Below, one piece after another: positions 43,949 to 48,856 of a stretch of 48,856 nucleotides of DNA. A program made the translations under genes and the position numbers. The stretch covers positions 1 to 48,856 of the forward strand of contig CAKMPP010000035.1 of the NCBI GenBank assembly GCA_927911475.1, read 5' to 3'. The notes beneath the pieces are model-generated. The model was not told the DNA's origin. It saw nothing but the letters and a program-made list of their open reading frames with translations, and searched no databases. Every line of letters starts with the position of its first letter. Position 1 is the stretch's first letter. The stretch comes from an uncultured Solobacterium sp. Its GTDB lineage: Bacteria; Bacillota_I; Bacilli_A; Erysipelotrichales; Erysipelotrichaceae.

Positions 43949-43977
43949 ATCAGTATTATACTCGAGAACCAACATAT

Positions 43978-44007
43978 AAAAAAGCGGAAGCCATTTCTGG
44001 TTTCCGC
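43978..44007 (-). terminator. mgl operon terminator
   Basis: Minus strand GCGGAAACCA-GAAA-TGGCTTCCGCTTTTTT. Confidence 0.8.
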
Positions 44008-44015
44008 AAATTGAA

Positions 44016-45698
44016 TTATTTCTTTTGAACGTACTTTAAGCAGTCCAATGTTACCGCAGCTAAGATGATGAGACCTTCGAATACGAACTGAAGGTTTGTA
44101 TCAATACCTAAGATTGTTAATGAGTATGTTAACGCTGTAAAGATTGTTACACCGACAACAACACCAGAAATCTTACCGATACCACCAGAGAAGGATACAC
44201 CACCTACTACACAGGCAGCGATAGCATCCATATCCCAACCCTGACCATACGCAGCAGAACCGGAACCTACCATTCGGTTACATTCTAACCATGCACCAAA
44301 TCCATAGAGTACACCAGCCATAGCGAATGCCATGATTGTTACTTTGAATACGTCAATACCCGATACAGCAGCAGCTTCTGGGTTTCCACCCACTGCATAT
44401 AGGTTCTTACCAAATGTTGTCTTATTCCAAATAAACCATACAACAATTACAGCTGTAGCAGCCCATAAGATAATTGTTGGGAAGTTACCAATCTTTGGAA
44501 TAATCATTGCTGGAATATCATTTTCGATAGCACCGAAGGATACACCCTTTGTCGCATATGTAACCATACCGAAGATGATTAACATGTTAGACATAGATGA
44601 AATAAATGGGTGCATCTTATACTTCGCCTTGAAGAAACCAGCAATGGAAGTAAAGATTGTACATAAGATAATACACACAAGCAATGCCAATACTGCTCTT
44701 GCACCAACTGGAAGGCTTGTGAGGTCAAATACTTTACCAAACACTGCACCAGTGTTGATGCCCTTGTGCATGATAATTGTTGAAGCTACCATACCCATAC
44801 CCACCATACGTCCAATGGATAAGTCAGTACCTGCAAGCATTATCACACCAGCTACACCTAATGCCAAGAACATTCTTGGAGATGCCTGCTGTAAGATATT
44901 TAAGATGTTATTGACTGTAAATAAAGGAGTTTTCTTGATAATTGGAGTAACGATACCTAAGCCAATAAATACAAGAATAATGACTAGATATAGACCATTA
45001 CGTAATAACCAATCCTTGCGGTTGAATGTATATAAGTAATGTTCAATCTTCTGTGCCTGTGTTTCAGCAAAGCTGAACTTAGACATCTTCAATAGATCGA
45101 TTAAATGATAACGTTGAATAAACGCTTCATGTTTACGATCCTTAATTGCCTGTAATTCTTTTTGATATATTAGTTTTGCATCAAAGACTTTGTTTTTATA
45201 TACATAGTTTTCATCTTTGATTTCTTGTTTTGCATCAGCGTCATTACCAGTAATCTTAGAAAGATTCTGTGCATGAACATTCTTTAGTTCAGCTAAAAGA
45301 TCACTATATCTCTTTGCGGCAAGAGTTTTTTCTGTAGCGCAACTTGCGACAACCTTTGAATAGTATTCCTTTTCAAAATGTTGATTTAAATAAGTAACGC
45401 CTTCATTGATTAACTTATCTACAGCTGGCTTATTTGCTTTTTCAACTTGTTGAGCAGCTTCTAAAGCCTTCTTAGCCTCAGCGATACGGTTTTCCTTTTC
45501 GCCCTTTGATAAGCTCTTATCGTTCTTTGTCATCTGAAGTACGTTTAGTAACTCAACAGTCTTATCTGTTCCGTCTTTACGTAATTCATCGATTTGTGCT
45601 TGAATCTTACCTACGTGGTCCGTAATTGGTTTTAGTAGGCTTTCTTCCTGATCAACAGAGAGAATCTCTGCCCCTAATTTTTCGTTATTTTGACTCAT
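44016..45698 (-). CDS. mglC: Galactoside/glucose ABC transporter permease with long soluble N-terminal extension
   Basis: GTDLSIG, HPFIS, TTFGKNLYAVGGNPEAAAVSG, DAIAACVVGG. Confidence 0.92.
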   Translation of the reverse strand: MSQNNEKLGAEILSVDQEESLLKPITDHVGKIQAQIDELRKDGTDKTVELLNVLQMTKNDKSLSKGEKENRIAEAKKALEAAQQVEKANKPAVDKLINEGVTYLNQHFEKEYYSKVVASCATEKTLAAKRYSDLLAELKNVHAQNLSKITGNDADAKQEIKDENYVYKNKVFDAKLIYQKELQAIKDRKHEAFIQRYHLIDLLKMSKFSFAETQAQKIEHYLYTFNRKDWLLRNGLYLVIILVFIGLGIVTPIIKKTPLFTVNNILNILQQASPRMFLALGVAGVIMLAGTDLSIGRMVGMGMVASTIIMHKGINTGAVFGKVFDLTSLPVGARAVLALLVCIILCTIFTSIAGFFKAKYKMHPFISSMSNMLIIFGMVTYATKGVSFGAIENDIPAMIIPKIGNFPTIILWAATAVIVVWFIWNKTTFGKNLYAVGGNPEAAAVSGIDVFKVTIMAFAMAGVLYGFGAWLECNRMVGSGSAAYGQGWDMDAIAACVVGGVSFSGGIGKISGVVVGVTIFTALTYSLTILGIDTNLQFVFEGLIILAAVTLDCLKYVQKK

Positions 45699-45713
45699 GT
45701 CTAACCCCTCCGA

Positions 45714-47222
45714 TTACAAATACATTGCGCTGAGTCTCAGGAGTTCTTCCTGATTTGTCTCTTTTGTATTAACGATTCCGGCAAGACGTCCATTGGACAT
45801 AACACCGATTCGATTTGTGATACCGAGAATCTCTGGCATTTCAGATGAACATACAATAATTGTCTTACCCATCTTCGCCATCTTGATAATTAAATCATAA
45901 ATCTCGTATTTTGCACCAACGTCGATACCACGAGTTGGCTCATCCATCATAAATACCTTTGGATTTCTTTCTAACCACTTACCGAAGATGATCTTCTGTT
46001 GGTTACCACCAGATAGTGATGTAATTGCATCATCTGGTCCCATACACTTTGTATGCATTAAGGCAATTTCCTTAACTGTTGCCTTCTTCATCTTCTCATC
46101 AGACACAACAATACCATTCTTATAGTGATCCATATTTGCAATACAAGTATTGAAAGTTAAATCACTCTTTAAGAATAATCCGTTAGCCTTTCTTTCTTCG
46201 GTAATCATAGCGAATCCATTGTCCATGGCTTCTTTTGCACTATCGAAGTTCATGAGCTTGCCATTGTAATAAACACGACCTGCTGCTCTTGTACGAACGC
46301 CAAAGATTGTTTCCATTAACTCTGTACGTCCAGCACCTACTAGACCATACAAGCCAAAGATTTCACCTTCCTTAACATCGAAACTAACGTCGTCGAGGTA
46401 TGGTGCAAACTTCGTAGAAAGATCTTTGACAGAAAGAATCGTTTCACCTGGTGTATTATCAACCGGAGGGAAACGGTTATCAAGAGAACGTCCAACCATC
46501 GCCGCAATCAAGTCATTCATATTTGTGTCGGTAACGTCTTTTGTCATGATCATCTTACCATCACGCAATACAGACACCTGATCACATATATCAAAAATTT
46601 CATCCATCTTATGAGAAATATAGATAATGGAAATACCCTGACTACGTAGTTTACGCATCATCTGGAATAACTTCTTAACTTCTGGTTCAGTTAATGATGA
46701 TGTAGGCTCATCCAAAACAATAATCTTTGAATGATAAGAAATAGCCTTTGCGATTTCGCACATCTGACGAGCAGATACGGACATCGTACGCATTGGCTGT
46801 GTCAAATTGACTGTAATACCTAAACTACGGAATAACTCAGAAGCCTCCTTCTTCATTCTTCCTTCATCAACAACACCTAAAGAGTTTACTGGATAACGTC
46901 CTAAGAATAGGTTATCAATAACACTACGCTCTAAGCACTGATTAAGTTCTTGGTGAACCATCGCAATACCATTTTCAAGCGCATCTTTTGGACCAGTAAA
47001 ACTTACTTCTTTTCCATCTAGGAAGATACTTCCTTCATCTTTTTGATATGTACCGAACAAACACTTCATCATAGTGGATTTGCCGGCACCATTTTCACCC
47101 ATGAGACCCATAATTGAGCCGGGTTTCACATCTAAATTGATGTGATCAAGTACTCTGTTTCTGCCGAATGATTTCGACATGCCCTTTATCGACAAGATTA
47201 AATTGTCATTTCTTTCTGACAT
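45714..47222 (-). CDS. mglA: Sugar ABC transporter ATP-binding protein (two ABC domains)
   Basis: GENGAGKST, LDEPT, LSGGNQQK, DEPTRGIDVGAK. Confidence 0.95.
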   Translation of the reverse strand: MSERNDNLILSIKGMSKSFGRNRVLDHINLDVKPGSIMGLMGENGAGKSTMMKCLFGTYQKDEGSIFLDGKEVSFTGPKDALENGIAMVHQELNQCLERSVIDNLFLGRYPVNSLGVVDEGRMKKEASELFRSLGITVNLTQPMRTMSVSARQMCEIAKAISYHSKIIVLDEPTSSLTEPEVKKLFQMMRKLRSQGISIIYISHKMDEIFDICDQVSVLRDGKMIMTKDVTDTNMNDLIAAMVGRSLDNRFPPVDNTPGETILSVKDLSTKFAPYLDDVSFDVKEGEIFGLYGLVGAGRTELMETIFGVRTRAAGRVYYNGKLMNFDSAKEAMDNGFAMITEERKANGLFLKSDLTFNTCIANMDHYKNGIVVSDEKMKKATVKEIALMHTKCMGPDDAITSLSGGNQQKIIFGKWLERNPKVFMMDEPTRGIDVGAKYEIYDLIIKMAKMGKTIIVCSSEMPEILGITNRIGVMSNGRLAGIVNTKETNQEELLRLSAMYL

Positions 47223-47285
47223 AATTGATTTACCCCTGTTTAACTAAAAATCATAAGCAGTATGGTTAACTACAAACTACTTAGA

Positions 47286-47327
47286 AAGAGGCTACCAGGT
47301 TTTCAAAAGCCTACCTGCTAGCCTCTT
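47286..47327 (-). other. Intercistronic stem-loop between mglB and mglA
   Basis: AAGAGGCTA.CAGG...CCTG.TAGCCTCTT; typical of partial terminators or stabilisers that boost binding-protein mRNA. Confidence 0.65.
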
Positions 47328-47343
47328 AGAAAATCTTACTGAA

Positions 47344-48591
47344 TTACTTTAAGAGTGAAGTATATGATGTAGCGTTGTCTGTCTTAACCATGTTAATAGC
47401 ATACGCATCATATTGACTTGGGTTTCCTAAACGGTTTGTGATATTTGACTCAGTCTGACCATCACCACCGATGTATTCAACATCCAAGTGTAGTAAGTCA
47501 TCATACTTTTCAAGTAATGGCTGGTATGTTGAGCTTAAGAAGTTGTCTGAAGCGTTATAAATGTTCAACCAAACCTTCTTAGTGTCGCTCTTAACTTCCT
47601 TAGATACTGGTTCAAATGTCTTAGTTGCATCCATGAAGTCCTTGTAGTTATCAGCTGTAACAGCAAGGTTTAATGCATAGAATGAACGATCTGCTTCGTT
47701 GTATACGTAGTCAACGCCTTCTTTAAGAACGTTTCCAGCTTCGTCAGCAGTAGCGATACCTGTCTTGATATCAACACCATCTAAAGCGTTACGTAATACT
47801 CTTAATGTTAAGTAAGCCTGAACGTCAGCGTGCTGAGAAATTGTTCCACCGTAACCTTCAGCGATAGCAGCTACTGCATCACTGTTAGCATCGTAACCGA
47901 ATGTAGGAACCTTCTTTTCCTTAGCCCATGCTGTGAACATTGACATACCCATACCATCGTTATTAGAAATAACTAAGTCAATTTCATCACCAAATGAAGC
48001 TGACCATGTACCGATAGCGTTACCTGCAGTAGCAGCATCCCATGTAGCACCTGCAGAGTTCTTCATTTCCTGAGAAGCAAGTTCGCGAACCTTGAAGTCG
48101 CCAACCTTACCATCCTTAACAACTGTAGCGGAACCATCTGTGTTTGTTCCTGCTGGAGTAGCATCGACAGCGCCATCCTTTTCAACAGCTGTACCTAAAG
48201 CCTTACGAACACCTCTTGTACGAGCGATAGAGTCGTTGTGTCCAACGTCACCGATAGCTAATACATAACCGATAACACCATCGCCGTTACGGTCGATGAT
48301 ATCCTTGTGAGCTGCGATGTAATCAGCTACCATCTTACCCTGTAATTCTGCACCCTGGTTAGCATCGAAACCTACATAGTAAGTATCCTTGTTGAAGTTC
48401 AATGCTTCTTTATCTAACTCACCTGTTGTGCTGTTAGATGGCTGACGGTTGTACCATACTAATGGCTTATCAGCGTTTGAAACTGTTGATTCTGTGTTAG
48501 AGCTTCCGCCTGTGCTGCTTGTCTTAGGACCACAACCAACAAGTGATAGTGCTAAAACTGCAGAAGTCATAACCGCAAATAATTTCTTCAT
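47344..48591 (-). CDS. mglB: Glucose/galactose-binding lipoprotein MglB, circularly permuted type
   Basis: Lipobox LVGC, PLVWYNRQP, YYVG, DRNGDG Ca-binding loop, GHNDSIART, SNNDGMG, FGYDA. Confidence 0.9.
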   Translation of the reverse strand: MKKLFAVMTSAVLALSLVGCGPKTSSTGGSSNTESTVSNADKPLVWYNRQPSNSTTGELDKEALNFNKDTYYVGFDANQGAELQGKMVADYIAAHKDIIDRNGDGVIGYVLAIGDVGHNDSIARTRGVRKALGTAVEKDGAVDATPAGTNTDGSATVVKDGKVGDFKVRELASQEMKNSAGATWDAATAGNAIGTWSASFGDEIDLVISNNDGMGMSMFTAWAKEKKVPTFGYDANSDAVAAIAEGYGGTISQHADVQAYLTLRVLRNALDGVDIKTGIATADEAGNVLKEGVDYVYNEADRSFYALNLAVTADNYKDFMDATKTFEPVSKEVKSDTKKVWLNIYNASDNFLSSTYQPLLEKYDDLLHLDVEYIGGDGQTESNITNRLGNPSQYDAYAINMVKTDNATSYTSLLK

Positions 48592-48634
48592 AAAAGTTTT
48601 CTTTCCTCCCCTGAATTATTTGGCTTTGAAACTG

Positions 48635-48650
48635 TGGAAAGCGCTTTCGC
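48635..48650. promoter_or_regulatory. cre/LacI-type operator upstream of mglB
   Basis: Perfect palindrome GAAAGCGCTTTC (48637-48648), resembling the CcpA cre consensus. Confidence 0.65.
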
Positions 48651-48856
48651 GTTTCCGATGAAAAAATAATATCACCATGCAAATTGACCGTCAACGCATA
48701 TCCTCTTTATAAAATCTTAAGAATTTGATATCTCAACCTTTAATTTTACGTTGTTCGAAAACTATAAAATGTAAAAAAGTGGCTATAGATAGACACTTTT
48801 CAAACTATTTAATTTTATGCAATTGTCATTTTTTATTTATTATTTATTTTATTCAC

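Noticed and set aside
225..48661. Many short ORFs antisense to or nested in real genes (e.g. 225..461, 5224..5616, 17966..18367, 22597..23112, 44332..45039)
   Set aside because: Shadow frames of well-supported genes, with no RBS or recognisable motifs
1..48856. CRISPR array, IS element, integrase or prophage
   Set aside because: No regularly spaced direct repeats, transposase or integrase motifs, or phage structural genes seen

Overview
Low-GC Firmicute chromosomal window, most consistent with an Erysipelotrichaceae member (Solobacterium-like; an inference from protein style and gene order). It is mostly housekeeping: pcrA-ligA-gatCAB-rlmD, cls, pepT, typA, the oxidative pentose-phosphate genes, cdaA-cdaR-glmM-glf, nrdAB, maf, coaBC/coaX, deoD, an mglBAC sugar ABC transporter and two tRNAs (Leu-GAG, Thr-GGT). 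About 18 genes, several essential, are split by 1-bp indels, which points to long-read sequencing error rather than real pseudogenes. I found no CRISPR array, IS element, integrase or complete prophage, and no clearly new multi-gene system. The best leads are: a lipoprotein flavoenzyme with the urocanate-reductase (UrdA) signature but no FMN-binding domain; a membrane-anchored LdcB/VanY-family protein missing its catalytic residues; a circularly permuted MglB paired with an MglC carrying a long N-terminal extension; an orphan 54-aa gene with its own promoter beside tRNA-Thr; an AT-rich DUF3781-fusion gene; and several apparently leaderless genes.
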